A stretch of DNA of 64,000 nt from an uncultured Solirubrobacterales bacterium. Its GTDB lineage: Bacteria; Actinomycetota; Thermoleophilia; Solirubrobacterales; Solirubrobacteraceae. The translations under genes and the position numbers were made by a program. The stretch lies in the NCBI GenBank assembly GCA_963753145.1, contig CAVWAX010000001.1, positions 39,573 to 103,572 on the forward strand, written 5' to 3'. The notes beneath the pieces are model-generated. The model worked only from the letters and a program-made list of their open reading frames with translations. It did no database searches and had not been told where the DNA came from. This document shows positions 1 to 10,385 of this stretch, piece after piece; the first letter of the stretch is position 1; every line of letters begins with the position of its first letter.

Positions 1-1005
1 CTGCGCTTGCGTGCCAGCGCTCGATCGCTCGTTCGGCGCTCGCGCGCAGGTCCAAGCGCTCGCCGGGCTGCTCGCGCTCGCCGGCTCGGCTGAGCAGCAG
101 CAGCTCCTCGACGATCTGCGCGAGCCGGTCAAGCTCGGCGGTCCCCGCGTCGAGCTCGACCGACGCCTCCGGGCTGACACCAGAGGCGCGCGCCTCCTCT
201 ATGCGCAGCCGCAGGCCGGTGAGGGGTGTGCGCAGCTGATGAGAGGCGTCGGCGACGAACTCCCGTTGTGACTCGAGCAATCGCTCCAAGCGCTGGGTCA
301 TCTCGTTGAAGGAGACCCCGAGCGAGCGCTGCTCGCGGCTGCCCTCGATGGCGGCGCGGGCGCTCAGATCGCCGCCGGCGACGCGTCCGGCGACACGCTC
401 CAGGCGCCCCAGAGGACGCGCTATCCGCCCAGCGATCACGACCCCCGCGGCGATGCCCAACGCAAGCACGACGGCACCGACCAACGCCAACCCCAGCTCG
501 ACCCGCCTGACGGCCGCGCTCACCGCCGAGACGCTCTGGGTGACACGCACAGCGCCCACGGTCCTGCCGTTACGGATCACGGGCGCGGCGGTCGCGAGGA
601 TTTCCTCGCCGAGGGTGCGGCTCGTGCGCTGCAGCTGCACCGGCCGACCGTGCAGCGCGCTCTCGATCTCCGGGCGCGCCGCGTAACTGGACCCCAGCTC
701 CGGTGGGGTTGCGCTGTCGGCAAGCACGACACCAGAGCGATCGACGACGAGCACCCGGCCTCGCAGTCCCGCGGCCGAGGTGCGCGCGAGGCCCGTCAGC
801 TCGCCACGGCGAGCGGGGGAGAGCAGATCGGCCGCGGTAGCCGCGATCAGGTCGGCTTGCCCCAGTGCCTGTGAGCGGACCTCGTCGTTGACGCGCGCGC
901 TGAGGCTCAGCCCGAGAGGCACCCCCAGCGCGACGATCGCCAGCAGCAGCACGTAGGAGAGCGCGGCCAGCAGCCCCGTCCGCAGTCGCAGCGCGCGTCT
1001 TACGA
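1..1005 (-). CDS. Sensor histidine kinase with HAMP domain (3' end runs off the window; start approximate)
   Basis: Manual minus-strand translation gives N-terminal TM RLRTGLLAALSYVLLLAIVALGVPLGL, HAMP ..FNEMTQRLERL and H-box FVADASHQLRTPLTGLRLRIE. It directly follows the response regulator. Confidence 0.9.
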
Positions 1006-1710
1006 CACTGCCTCCTGCTCGTCATCGAGTCCGGCGCAGCGAAACCCAACGCCGCGCACGGTTTCGATATAGCTCGGGCTGGAGACGTCATCGCCGAGCT
1101 TGCGTCGCAGCGCCGCTATGTGCACGTCGAGCGTCTTGGTCGAGCCGAACCAGTTCTCATCCCACACCTCGGCCATCAGCGTCTCGCGCGAGACGACCCG
1201 TCCAGGCTCGCGCGTCAAGCGCTCGAGCAGATCGAACTCCTTGCGGGTCAGGTCGAGCTCGGCCTCCCCGCGCCATGCGCGCCGCGCCGAAGGATCGAGG
1301 CGCAACTCCCCGACCGTTCGCACCGTTGGGCTCGAAGGGGCGGAGCGCGCGCGGCGCAGGACCGCGCGAATCCGCGAGACCACCTCGTCGATCGCAAATG
1401 GCTTGACGATGTAATCGTCGGCGCCCAGCTCCAAGCCGACGACCCTGTCGGTCACGGTGCCGCGCGCGGTCACCATGAGGATCGGCACGTCCGAGGTGCG
1501 GCGCAGCTCGCGGCAGACGTCGCGACCGTCGGCGTCGGGGAGCGTCAGATCGAGCAGCACAACCTCCGGCGGATCCTCCCGCGCGAGTCCCAGTGCGTCC
1601 CGCGCGGTCCGAGCGATCGAGACCTCGAAGCCGTGACGGGCGAGAGCATGCGCGAAGGGATCGGCGATAGACGCCTCGTCCTCGACCAAGAGCACTTTGC
1701 CGGCGCCCAT
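1000..1710 (-). CDS. OmpR/PhoB-family response regulator
   Basis: KVLLVEDE receiver, LLDLTLPD, GADDYIVKPF and wHTH ending IETVRGVGFR. Start placed at ATG 1710 rather than the extended ORF start. Confidence 0.93.
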   Translation of the reverse strand: MGAGKVLLVEDEASIADPFAHALARHGFEVSIARTARDALGLAREDPPEVVLLDLTLPDADGRDVCRELRRTSDVPILMVTARGTVTDRVVGLELGADDYIVKPFAIDEVVSRIRAVLRRARSAPSSPTVRTVGELRLDPSARRAWRGEAELDLTRKEFDLLERLTREPGRVVSRETLMAEVWDENWFGSTKTLDVHIAALRRKLGDDVSSPSYIETVRGVGFRCAGLDDEQEAVS

Positions 1711-1756
1711 ACTTACAGACATGGCCCCCACGATAGGAGCACTCGTCTCGGACAGG

Positions 1757-3610
1757 GTGAGCAGCCTGATAGAGCACCGCGCGCGCGTACTGGCGGCGAT
1801 TGCGCTTACCGCTCTGCCGGCAGGCGCCCTGGCCCACCTGGCGGGCGAGGCCACCACGGGCGATGACATCTGGCGCGCAGCGGTCGCGCTGCTTGCCGGG
1901 GCGCTGGCGGTCGAGGTCGGCAGGACGATCGTGGTTGAGCATCACATGGGCGTTGACACGATCGCCCTGGTGGCGATGGTGGGCGCGCTGGCGCTCGGGG
2001 AAGAGCTGGCGGGGCTGATCGTGGGGATCATGTTCACGGGCGGCTCGACGCTGGAGGACATCGCGTCGAGCAGGGCCCGGCGCGAGTTGACGGCGCTGGT
2101 GCAGCGCGCGCCGAAGGTCGCTCAGCGCAAGCGCGACGGCCGGCTGGAGGAGGTGCCGGTCGAGGAGGTGCAGGCCGGCGAGGTCGTGGTGGTTCGCACC
2201 GGGGAGGTGGTTCCTGTTGACGGCGCGGTGCTGAGCGCCGAGGCGGTGCTCGACACGAGCGCGCTGAGCGGCGAGCCGCTGCCGGTCACCTTGAAGCAGG
2301 GGATGGACGTGTTGAGCGGAACCGCGAATGCGGGCGCACCGTTCGAGGTGCGGGCCAGCCGCCCGGCGCGTGAGAGCGCGTACGCGGCACTGGTGCGTCT
2401 CGTGGAGCAGTCGCAATCCCAGCGTGCGCCGCTGGTACGGATGGCCGACCGCTACGCGGGGTTCTTCCTGGTGGCGACGCTCGTGCTGGCGGGCGCCGCA
2501 TGGGCGGCGAGCGGCGACGCGGTTCGCGCACTTGCGGTGGTCGTGGTCGCGACACCGTGCCCGTTGATATTGGCCGCTCCGATCGCGCTTGTGTCTGGGC
2601 TCTCGCGCGCGGCGCGCGCGGGGGTGATAGTGAAGGGCTCAGGCGCGATCGAGGTCCTTGGCCAGGCGCGGACGGTGCTGTTCGACAAGACGGGAACGCT
2701 GACCGTTGGCACGCCCGAGGTGCGCGACATCGCCACGAGCGACGGCGCGAGCGCGGGCGAGCTGCTGCGATTGGCCGCGTCGGTCGACAGGATGTCGACT
2801 CATGTCCTGGGCGAGGCGCTGGTGAAGGCGGCGCACGAGGCGCAGGTGACGCTCGCGATGCCGACCAGTGTGCGCGAGCAGCCGGGGCAGGGAATAGAGG
2901 GCGAGGTGGAAGGGCGCCGGGTGGCGGTGGGAAGCCGCGCGTTCTTGCGCTCGAGCGGCGTGCCTTCCGAGGAGGTGGACGCCGCAACGACGATGACCGG
3001 CTACGGCTCTGGCGAGGCGCACGTGCTCGTCGGCGTCGACGGACATCTGGGGGGCGTGGTGGTGATGGCCGACGTGCTGCGCGCCGACGCGGAGCGGATC
3101 GTCGAGCGACTGCGATCGGAGGGGGTCCGTCACGTGGCGATGGTCTCCGGCGACCGCCGCTCGGTGGCTGAGCGCATCGGGCGCGAACTGGGCGTGGATC
3201 GTGTGTATGCGGAGCAGTCCCCCGAGCAGAAGCTGGATGTGGTGCGCTCGCTGCGTGGCGAGGCGCGCCTGCGCCCGGTGGTGATGGTCGGCGACGGCGT
3301 CAACGACGCCCCGGCGCTGGCGCTCGCGGACGTCGGGATCGCGATGGGCTCCGCCGGAGCGACCGTCTCTTCGCAGACCGCTGACGCGGTGATCACAGTA
3401 GATCGGATCGATCGTGTCGCCGATGCGCTTCACGCGGGCCGGCGAGCGCTGCGCATCGCGCGCGAGAGCGTCCTGTTCGGGATGGGCCTCAGCCTCGCCG
3501 CCATGCTCGTCGCCGCGGCCGGCTATCTACCGCCCGTGGCGGGCGCGCTGCTGCAGGAGGGGATCGACCTCGCGGTGATCCTCAACGCGCTGCGCGCGCT
3601 GTATGGGTGA
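1757..3610 (+). CDS. Heavy-metal P1B-type ATPase (P1B-5-like motifs)
   Basis: SGE actuator, TPCPL TM motif, FDKTGTLT, MVGDGVNDAPALA, C-terminal QEGIDLAVILN. Start uncertain (1697/1721/1757). Confidence 0.92.
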   Translation: MSSLIEHRARVLAAIALTALPAGALAHLAGEATTGDDIWRAAVALLAGALAVEVGRTIVVEHHMGVDTIALVAMVGALALGEELAGLIVGIMFTGGSTLEDIASSRARRELTALVQRAPKVAQRKRDGRLEEVPVEEVQAGEVVVVRTGEVVPVDGAVLSAEAVLDTSALSGEPLPVTLKQGMDVLSGTANAGAPFEVRASRPARESAYAALVRLVEQSQSQRAPLVRMADRYAGFFLVATLVLAGAAWAASGDAVRALAVVVVATPCPLILAAPIALVSGLSRAARAGVIVKGSGAIEVLGQARTVLFDKTGTLTVGTPEVRDIATSDGASAGELLRLAASVDRMSTHVLGEALVKAAHEAQVTLAMPTSVREQPGQGIEGEVEGRRVAVGSRAFLRSSGVPSEEVDAATTMTGYGSGEAHVLVGVDGHLGGVVVMADVLRADAERIVERLRSEGVRHVAMVSGDRRSVAERIGRELGVDRVYAEQSPEQKLDVVRSLRGEARLRPVVMVGDGVNDAPALALADVGIAMGSAGATVSSQTADAVITVDRIDRVADALHAGRRALRIARESVLFGMGLSLAAMLVAAAGYLPPVAGALLQEGIDLAVILNALRALYG

Positions 3611-3692
3611 GGGGCGCTTGGGAATAACTACGGATACCCATAAGTGACGATTGCGGTCGCCCGCGAGAGCGCGTAGGCGTTGACTGTTAGGG

Positions 3693-4292
3693 ATGTTTCA
3701 GGTGCGCATCCACGGGCGGGGCGGGCAGGGCGTCGTCACCGCGGCTGAACTGCTGTCGCTGGCCGCCTTCGACGAGGGTCGCCACGCGCAGGCGTTTCCG
3801 AGCTTCGGATCGGAGCGCATGGGCGCGCCGGTGGTGTCCTTCTGTCGCATCGACGATCGCGAGATCCGCCTGCGCGAGCCGGTGGCGAGTCCCGACGCGC
3901 TGATCGTGGCCGATCCGACGTTGCTGCACCAGGTGGACGTGTTCGGTGGGTGCACGGCGGACTGTTACATCCTGATCAACACCACCAGGAGCTTTCACGA
4001 GCTCGGGCTGGGCGATTTCGTGAAGCGATTTCGCGGCGAGCGTCTGCTCACCGTGCCGGCCGCGGAGCTCGCGCGCGAGCACACCGGGCGCGCGCTTGCC
4101 AACGTGCCTCTGCTCGGCGGCTTTGCCGCGCTCACCGGCCAGATATCGCTCGCCTCGGTGGAGCGAGCGATCGCCGAGCGCTTCCCCGGGGCGCTGGCCG
4201 AGCGCAACATCGTGGCCGCGCGCGCCGCGTGCGCGTGGGTGGAACAAGAGATGAACGACCTGGCCTCGCCGAGCGCGGCCGCGGAGGCCTGA
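3693..4292 (+). CDS. porC: 2-oxoacid:acceptor oxidoreductase gamma subunit
   Basis: VRIHGRGGQGVVTAAELL and FGSERMGAPV motifs; first gene of the coupled operon. Confidence 0.92.
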   Translation: MFQVRIHGRGGQGVVTAAELLSLAAFDEGRHAQAFPSFGSERMGAPVVSFCRIDDREIRLREPVASPDALIVADPTLLHQVDVFGGCTADCYILINTTRSFHELGLGDFVKRFRGERLLTVPAAELAREHTGRALANVPLLGGFAALTGQISLASVERAIAERFPGALAERNIVAARAACAWVEQEMNDLASPSAAAEA

Positions 4293-4293
4293 G

Positions 4294-5547
4294 GTGCCCC
4301 GCCAGATCGAGGGCTCGCGCGCGGTCGCCGAGGCCGTGGCTCTGTGTCGCCCGGAGGTGATCTGCGCCTACCCGATCTCCCCGCAGACGCACATCGTCGA
4401 GAACCTCTCGGCCCTGGTCAAGACCGGCGAGCTCGCGCCGTGCGAGTTCGTCAACGTGGAGTCCGAGTTCGCCGCGATGTCGGTCGCGATCGGCGCCTGC
4501 GCGACCGGCGCGCGCGCCTACACCGCGACCGCTAGCCAGGGTCTGCTGTACATGAGCGAGGCGCTCTACAACGCCTCGGGCCTGGGCCTGCCGATCGTGA
4601 TGACGGTCGCCAACCGCGCGATCGGCGCCCCGATCAACATCTGGAACGACCACAGCGACGCGATGAGCCAGCGCGACAGCGGTTGGATCCAGCTCTACGC
4701 CGAGACCAACCAGGAGGCCGTGGACCTGCACATCCAGGCGTTTCGCCTGGCCGAGGCGCTGTCGGCGCCGGTGATGGTTTGCATGGACGGCTTCGTCCTC
4801 ACGCACGCCGTCGAGCGCCTCGAGATGCCCACCCAAACGCAGGTCGACGCGTTCCTGCCCGCGTTCGCGCCGCGCCAGGCGCTCGACCCTGACGAGCCGA
4901 TCACGATCGGCGCGATGGTGGGCCCCGAGGCGTTCATGGAGGTCAAGTACCTCGCCCACGCCAAGCAAATGCAGGCGCTGGAGCTGATCCCCGAGATCGC
5001 CGCCGAATTCGAGCAGGCGTTCGGGCGCGACTCCGGTGGGCTGGTTCGCGGCTACCGCCTTCAAGACGCCGAGACGATCGTGGTGGCGCTAGGCTCGGTG
5101 CTCGGCACGATCAAGGACACAGTCGATGAGATGCGAGCCGACGGCGCGAAGATCGGGGTTCTGGGCATTACCTCGTTTCGGCCCTTCCCGTTGCAACAGG
5201 TGCGAGAGTTGCTCGCTCACGCCAAGCGCGTGGTCGTGCTCGAGAAGGCGCTCGCGGTCGGCATCGGAGGGATCCTCACAACCGATGTGCGTATGGCCCT
5301 CTCCGGCATCCACCTGCACGGCTACACGGCGATCGCCGGCTTGGGCGGCCGTCCGATCACCAAGGTCTCGCTGCATCGCCTGTTCGCCGACGCGACGGCC
5401 GATCGGCTGGAGCCGCTCACGTTCCTAGACATGGACTGGGACGTCGTAGACCGCGAGCTGGCCCGCATGGGCGCGTCTTCGAGTTCAGGCCCCCACGCGG
5501 AGAACATCCTGCGCGACGTCGGCTCGGTTGCGGCGGGACCGGTATGA
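4294..5547 (+). CDS. porA: 2-oxoacid:acceptor oxidoreductase alpha subunit
   Basis: AYPISPQT, VESEFAA, TATASQGL, NRAIGAPINIWNDHSD. Confidence 0.94.
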   Translation: MPRQIEGSRAVAEAVALCRPEVICAYPISPQTHIVENLSALVKTGELAPCEFVNVESEFAAMSVAIGACATGARAYTATASQGLLYMSEALYNASGLGLPIVMTVANRAIGAPINIWNDHSDAMSQRDSGWIQLYAETNQEAVDLHIQAFRLAEALSAPVMVCMDGFVLTHAVERLEMPTQTQVDAFLPAFAPRQALDPDEPITIGAMVGPEAFMEVKYLAHAKQMQALELIPEIAAEFEQAFGRDSGGLVRGYRLQDAETIVVALGSVLGTIKDTVDEMRADGAKIGVLGITSFRPFPLQQVRELLAHAKRVVVLEKALAVGIGGILTTDVRMALSGIHLHGYTAIAGLGGRPITKVSLHRLFADATADRLEPLTFLDMDWDVVDRELARMGASSSSGPHAENILRDVGSVAAGPV

Positions 5548-6536
5548 GCTCGCCATCGGCCCCGCTCAAGTACTACCAAACAGGCAGCTTCGCGGTGGGC
5601 AACCGCCTGCTCGATCCCGACCAGCGCGCGGTCCAGGCCGGCGAGGGGCGCGCCAACTCGATCACCTGCGGGCACCGCGCCTGCCAGGGTTGCGGCGAGG
5701 CGCTCGGCGCGCGCTACGCGCTTGACGCGGCGATGCGCGCGACCGGCGGGCGCATGATCGCGGCCAACGCGACCGGGTGCCTGGAGGTGTTCTCCACGCC
5801 CTATCCCGAGAGCTCGTGGCGGATCCCTTGGATTCACTCGCTGTTTGCCAACGCGCCCGCGGTGTCTACCGGGATCGCCGCGGCGCTGCGCGCCAAGGGC
5901 CGCGAGGACATCCGCGTGGTCGGCCAGGGGGGAGACGGCGGCACCGTGGACATCGGCATGGCCTGCCTGTCGGGCATGTTCGAGCGCGGCGACGACGTGC
6001 TCTACATCTGTTACGACAACGAGGCCTACATGAACACCGGCGTGCAGCGCTCCGGCGCCACCCCGCCGGCCGCGCGCACGAGCACAACCCAGGCGGTGGG
6101 AGCGCAGCCGGGCAACGTGTTCGGGCAGGGCAAGAGCGCTCCGCTGATCGCGATGGCGCACGAGATCCCGTATGTCGCCACCGCGACGGTCGCCGAGCTG
6201 CGCGATCTGGAGGCCAAGGTGCAGACCGCGATGGGGCTGCACGGAGCGCGCTACCTGCACGTGTTCGTGCCGTGTCCCTTGGGCTGGGGCAGCGCCCCCA
6301 AGGACACGATCCGGATTGCGCGGTTGGCCAAGGAGACGGGCATCTTCCCGGTGTTCGAGGCCCGCGACGGCGAGGTCACGGCGGTCTCGAAGATCCGCCG
6401 CCAGGCGCCGGTCGAGGAGTACCTGCGGGCACAGCGGCGCTTTGCCCACCTGTTCGAGCCCGAGCCTCACACCGAGACGATCGCGCGCATCCAAGCGGGT
6501 GCCGATCGCAACATCCGACGCTTCGCTCTGCTGTGA
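5544..6536 (+). CDS. porB: 2-oxoacid:acceptor oxidoreductase beta subunit (TPP-binding)
   Basis: [44 protein letters not shown]; ATGA overlap with the alpha subunit. Confidence 0.94.
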   Translation: MSSPSAPLKYYQTGSFAVGNRLLDPDQRAVQAGEGRANSITCGHRACQGCGEALGARYALDAAMRATGGRMIAANATGCLEVFSTPYPESSWRIPWIHSLFANAPAVSTGIAAALRAKGREDIRVVGQGGDGGTVDIGMACLSGMFERGDDVLYICYDNEAYMNTGVQRSGATPPAARTSTTQAVGAQPGNVFGQGKSAPLIAMAHEIPYVATATVAELRDLEAKVQTAMGLHGARYLHVFVPCPLGWGSAPKDTIRIARLAKETGIFPVFEARDGEVTAVSKIRRQAPVEEYLRAQRRFAHLFEPEPHTETIARIQAGADRNIRRFALL

Positions 6537-8161
6537 TGGACAAGCCTTTCGCGATCACGCTGGACGTGGGCTCGAGCCTCGCCAACAAGACCGGCAGCTG
6601 GCGCGAGGAGCGACCGCTCTACGTCCACCGCGTGCCTCCGTGCAACGTGGGCTGTCCGGCCAAAGAGGACATCCAGCGCTGGCTCTACAGTGCCGAGTCG
6701 GGCGACTATCGGACCGCTTGGCTTGACCTGGTCGTCGACAACCCGCTGCCGGGTGTGGTCGGGCGCGTCTGCTACCACCCGTGCGAGTCTGCGTGCAATC
6801 GTGCCCAGCTCGACGACGCTGTGGGCATCCACGGCGTCGAGCGCTTCCTCGGCGACGAGGCGATCCGCCAGGGCTGGGAGCTACCGGGTCCCGTCCAGCT
6901 CTCGGGCAAGCGCGTGCTCGTGGTCGGCGCCGGGCCTTCGGGTCTGTCGGCCGCCTACCAGCTCGCGCGCGCCGGACACGCGGTCACGATCCGCGAGGCC
7001 GGCCCCCTGGCGGGCGGCATGATGCGATACGGCATCCCGCGCTACCGGCTGCCGCGCGAGGTCCTCGACGCCGAGGTCGCACGCATCCTGGAGATGGGCG
7101 TGACACTCGAGTGCGAGGCGCCGGTCACCGACATCCTCGCCACGATGCGCGATGGCGGCTTCGACGCGGCGTTTCTCGCTGTCGGCGCGCACATCGCAAA
7201 GCGCGCCTACATACCGGCCGGCGAGGCAGCGCACATGCTGGACGCCGTCTCGATGCTGCACGACATGGAGGGCGAGGACCCGCCACTGCTCGGGCGGCGC
7301 GTGGCGGTCTACGGCGGTGGCGACACCGCGCTCGACGCCGCCCGCACCGCCAAGCGGCTGGGCGCGAGCGACGCGGTTGTCGTGTACAGGCGCACCCGCG
7401 AGCGCATGCCCGCGCACGACAGCGAGGTGAAGGAGGCGCTGCGGGAGGGGGTCGAGATGCGTTGGCTCTCCACGATCGCACACGCCGACGCCGGCAAGCT
7501 CGTGATCGAAAAGATGCGCCTGGACGACGATGGCTTTCCCCAGCCCACGGGCGAGACCGAGGAGCTCTCAGCCGACTCGCTCGTGCTCGCCCTCGGACAG
7601 GAAGCCGACCTCTCGTTGCTCGACGGTGTGGAAGATATTGAGATTGATGGTGGCGTGGTCAGCGTCAACGATCGCATGATGACCGGTCACCCCGGCATCT
7701 TCGCGGGTGGTGACATGGTGCCGGCCGAGCGCACCGTGACTGTGGGGATCGGCCACGGCAAGCAGGCCGCCCGCAACATCGACGCCTGGTTGCGCGCCAC
7801 CCACTACGCGCAACCACCGCAGGGTTCGGAGGCCAGCTTTGAGACGCTCAACCCGTGGTACTACGCCGACGCCCCCAAGACGGTCGCGCCGACGCTCGAC
7901 GCGATCCGCCGCCAGTCCACCTTCGAGGAGGTCTCACTCGGCTTGGACGAGCACAACGCGCTATTCGAGGCGCGCCGCTGCTTGAGCTGCGGCAACTGCT
8001 TCGGCTGTGACAACTGCTACGGGGTGTGCCCCGACAACGCGGTCCTCAAGGTCGATCAGGCCGACGGCTACGCCTTCGACCTGGACTACTGCAAGGGCTG
8101 CGGCATCTGCGCGCAGGAGTGTCCGTGCGGAGCGATCGAAATGATCCCGGAGATCATTTGA
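6536..8161 (+). CDS. GltD-like FAD/NAD(P)-binding Fe-S flavoprotein fused to a C-terminal PorD-like 2x[4Fe-4S] domain
   Basis: Starts at TGATG overlap ([10 protein letters not shown]). Motifs [41 protein letters not shown], then [12 protein letters not shown] and [12 protein letters not shown]. Confidence 0.9.
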   Translation: MDKPFAITLDVGSSLANKTGSWREERPLYVHRVPPCNVGCPAKEDIQRWLYSAESGDYRTAWLDLVVDNPLPGVVGRVCYHPCESACNRAQLDDAVGIHGVERFLGDEAIRQGWELPGPVQLSGKRVLVVGAGPSGLSAAYQLARAGHAVTIREAGPLAGGMMRYGIPRYRLPREVLDAEVARILEMGVTLECEAPVTDILATMRDGGFDAAFLAVGAHIAKRAYIPAGEAAHMLDAVSMLHDMEGEDPPLLGRRVAVYGGGDTALDAARTAKRLGASDAVVVYRRTRERMPAHDSEVKEALREGVEMRWLSTIAHADAGKLVIEKMRLDDDGFPQPTGETEELSADSLVLALGQEADLSLLDGVEDIEIDGGVVSVNDRMMTGHPGIFAGGDMVPAERTVTVGIGHGKQAARNIDAWLRATHYAQPPQGSEASFETLNPWYYADAPKTVAPTLDAIRRQSTFEEVSLGLDEHNALFEARRCLSCGNCFGCDNCYGVCPDNAVLKVDQADGYAFDLDYCKGCGICAQECPCGAIEMIPEII

Positions 8162-8188
8162 CCGCGGCGAGCGCGACCACCAGTCGAG

Positions 8189-8374
8189 TCACGCCGTTCG
8201 CGTGTCCTCGCCACCCGACGGTCGTGGCCTGTAGCGCCCGTGCTCCAGCCACGCCAGCCGGCGATGGCGTGGCGACTTGAGCGTGCGTCCGCTGTGCAGC
8301 GTCGCGAGCGCGCACACCAGAAAGCACAATGACCCGATCGCGAACGAACAGGCCATCCAGCGCTCGCGGCTCAC
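8189..8374 (-). pseudogene. Probable internally deleted remnant of a membrane protein gene (61 aa)
   Basis: GTGA overlap with the upstream amidotransferase stop. VSRERWMACSFAIGSLCFLV is joined directly to CALATLHSGRTLKSPRHRR, which resembles both ends of a longer actinobacterial membrane protein (recalled, not searched). Confidence 0.4.
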
Positions 8375-8985
8375 CCCGCGGCTGGTCCCTGCGAGGACGG
8401 CGGCGGCGTCGGCGCGAACGGGTAAACGTCGTCGCGCCCGCCGGCGATCACGGCGTAGCTTGACTCGGGCATTTCCCGCCACGCGCCGGGCAGGTCCCCG
8501 ATCGGCTCGGAGACGACCAGCCGCGCATCGTCTGAGACCTCGTCGAAGATCTCCTGCCTGGGATAGAGCTGGCGCAAGGTCGGTATGTCGGCGGTGTAGA
8601 ACAGCGAGCGCGACTCACCGACGTTGGAGTAGCGGAACACCCACATCCGCTCGCCGTCGGTCACTGCAAGCGTGCCCTGGAACGGCTCGGCGACGCCCAG
8701 GGCGTGCCCCGCGCTCTCGACGAGCCCGATGGTCTTCGCGACAGCGCTCGGCGGATCGTCGGTCAAGCCCAGGCTGAGCGCCAGGTAGAAGAGGACCTCA
8801 GAGTCGGGGAACCTGCCCGGCTCTGGACCGGCGTCGTCATACCAACCGACGCCAAACCCATCGCCGTTGGTCGGCTCGGCGCCAAGCCGGGAGTGAAGGC
8901 TCTGGTCGATCAGCGAATGCGCAGGTGCGTACAGCGCCCTCGAGAGCAGGATCGGCGCTCCGGTGTAGGCGAGCCAGCGGCACAT
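8371..8985 (-). pseudogene. Class II (Ntn) glutamine amidotransferase, EgtC/YafJ-like, with an apparent in-frame internal deletion
   Basis: MCRWLAY with N-terminal Cys and NGDGFGVGWY jumps straight to DSEVLFYLAL. The family AHIR, NCHPF and HNG segment is missing. Confidence 0.75.
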
Positions 8986-9071
8986 CAAGCCATACCTTAC
9001 GCCGCGGAAAGCGCTGGGGCTTCTCGCGAGCCGGTTGAGTCGTCATAGCCGTTGATTACCATCGTGGGTCG

Positions 9072-10286
9072 ATGCTCTACGTGCTCGCGGCCCTGCTGAT
9101 CCTCCTCATCTCCTTGGTCCTCGCCCTGCTTGCTCGCCAAGGCCGGGCAGGCCAGGCGCAGCTGGGTCAGGGCGAAACCGAGCGGATTGTCGCGGCGGTC
9201 CACTCCGATCTTGCGCGCGTTCAGGGCGAGATCCAGAAGGCAGGCGTCGAGCAGCTGGTGGCCCAGAACAAGACCGTCCTCGAGAAGGAGACCGCGCGCG
9301 GAGAGGAGCAGCTGAAGGCCCGTGGGACCGAGATCGATCAGGGGCTCGCGGAGGTTCGCAAAGAGCTGGGTACCCTGCGCGAGCTGGTGAGAGACGTCGA
9401 CAAGAAGCGCGGTGAGAGCCTCGTCAAGCTGGAGACCGTGACGCGCGAGAGCAAGCAGCAGACCGAACTGCTGCGTTCCGAGACGGGTCGCCTCAACGAA
9501 GTGCTCTCGGGCGCGCAGACGCGTGGCCAATGGGGCGAGCGCATGGCCGAGGACGTGCTGCGAGTCGCCGGCTTCATCGAGGGCGTCCAGTACCGCAAGC
9601 AGCAGCAGGTCGCAGGTGGGGCCTCCCGGCCGGACTTCACGTTCTTCGTGCAAGGCCAACTCCTGAACATGGATGTCAAGACGCCAATGGTCGAGTATCA
9701 GCGCTACTTGACGAGTTCCACCGAGCAGGAGTGCGACGCCGCCGCGAAGGCATTCAAGCGCGACGTGCGCGCGCGAATCAAGGAGGTCGGCACGCGCGAC
9801 TACATCGACCCCGAGGGCGGTACGCTCGATTACATGCTCGTGTTCATCCCCAACGAGCAGGTCTACGGGTTCATCCACGAAAACGACCCCGATCTACTCG
9901 ATGAGGCGCTCCAACAGAAGGTTGTGCTCTGCTCGCCGCTGACCTTGTTCGCGATCCTCGCGGTCATCCGCCAGGCAAGCGAGAACTTCAAGCTGGCCCA
10001 GCAAACCAACGAGATCTTGAAGGCGCTCGGTGGGTTCAACAAGCAGTGGGGCATGTTCAAGGACCAGATGGTCAAGGTCGATCGCGCCCTCGAAACCTCG
10101 CGGAGAGCGTACGCCGAGCTCATGGACACCCGCACGCGTCAGCTCGACAAGCAGGTCGAGCGGGTGGACGCTATGCGCCTCACCGCCGGGTTCGACGCAA
10201 GCAACGAGATGCTGACAAGCGGCGAGACTCCTGCACTAGCCCGGCCACCCAGCTCCGACGAGAATGCCATAGCCAACTCTCTTTGA
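9072..10286 (+). CDS. rmuC: DNA recombination protein RmuC
   Basis: N-terminal TM plus coiled coil, RGQWGE, RPDF..MDVKTP nuclease-like core, DYMLVFIPNE, CSPLTLFAIL. Confidence 0.9.
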   Translation: MLYVLAALLILLISLVLALLARQGRAGQAQLGQGETERIVAAVHSDLARVQGEIQKAGVEQLVAQNKTVLEKETARGEEQLKARGTEIDQGLAEVRKELGTLRELVRDVDKKRGESLVKLETVTRESKQQTELLRSETGRLNEVLSGAQTRGQWGERMAEDVLRVAGFIEGVQYRKQQQVAGGASRPDFTFFVQGQLLNMDVKTPMVEYQRYLTSSTEQECDAAAKAFKRDVRARIKEVGTRDYIDPEGGTLDYMLVFIPNEQVYGFIHENDPDLLDEALQQKVVLCSPLTLFAILAVIRQASENFKLAQQTNEILKALGGFNKQWGMFKDQMVKVDRALETSRRAYAELMDTRTRQLDKQVERVDAMRLTAGFDASNEMLTSGETPALARPPSSDENAIANSL

Positions 10287-10362
10287 CGCGCCCACAAGCG
10301 TGGACTCCTGCCCTTCGGCATCTCCAACTATCGCGTGGCGAACTCGTCCGGGCGTCCGCTCT

Positions 10363-10379
10363 GTATACCACGGTATACT
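10363..10379 (+). promoter_or_regulatory. Inverted repeat GTATACC-AC-GGTATAC overlapping a TATACT -10 element (likely autoregulatory TA operator, leaderless promoter)
   Basis: Perfect 7-bp arms at 10363-10378. TATACT (10374-10379) is 6 nt before ATG 10386. Confidence 0.7.
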
Positions 10380-10385
10380 CCCTCT

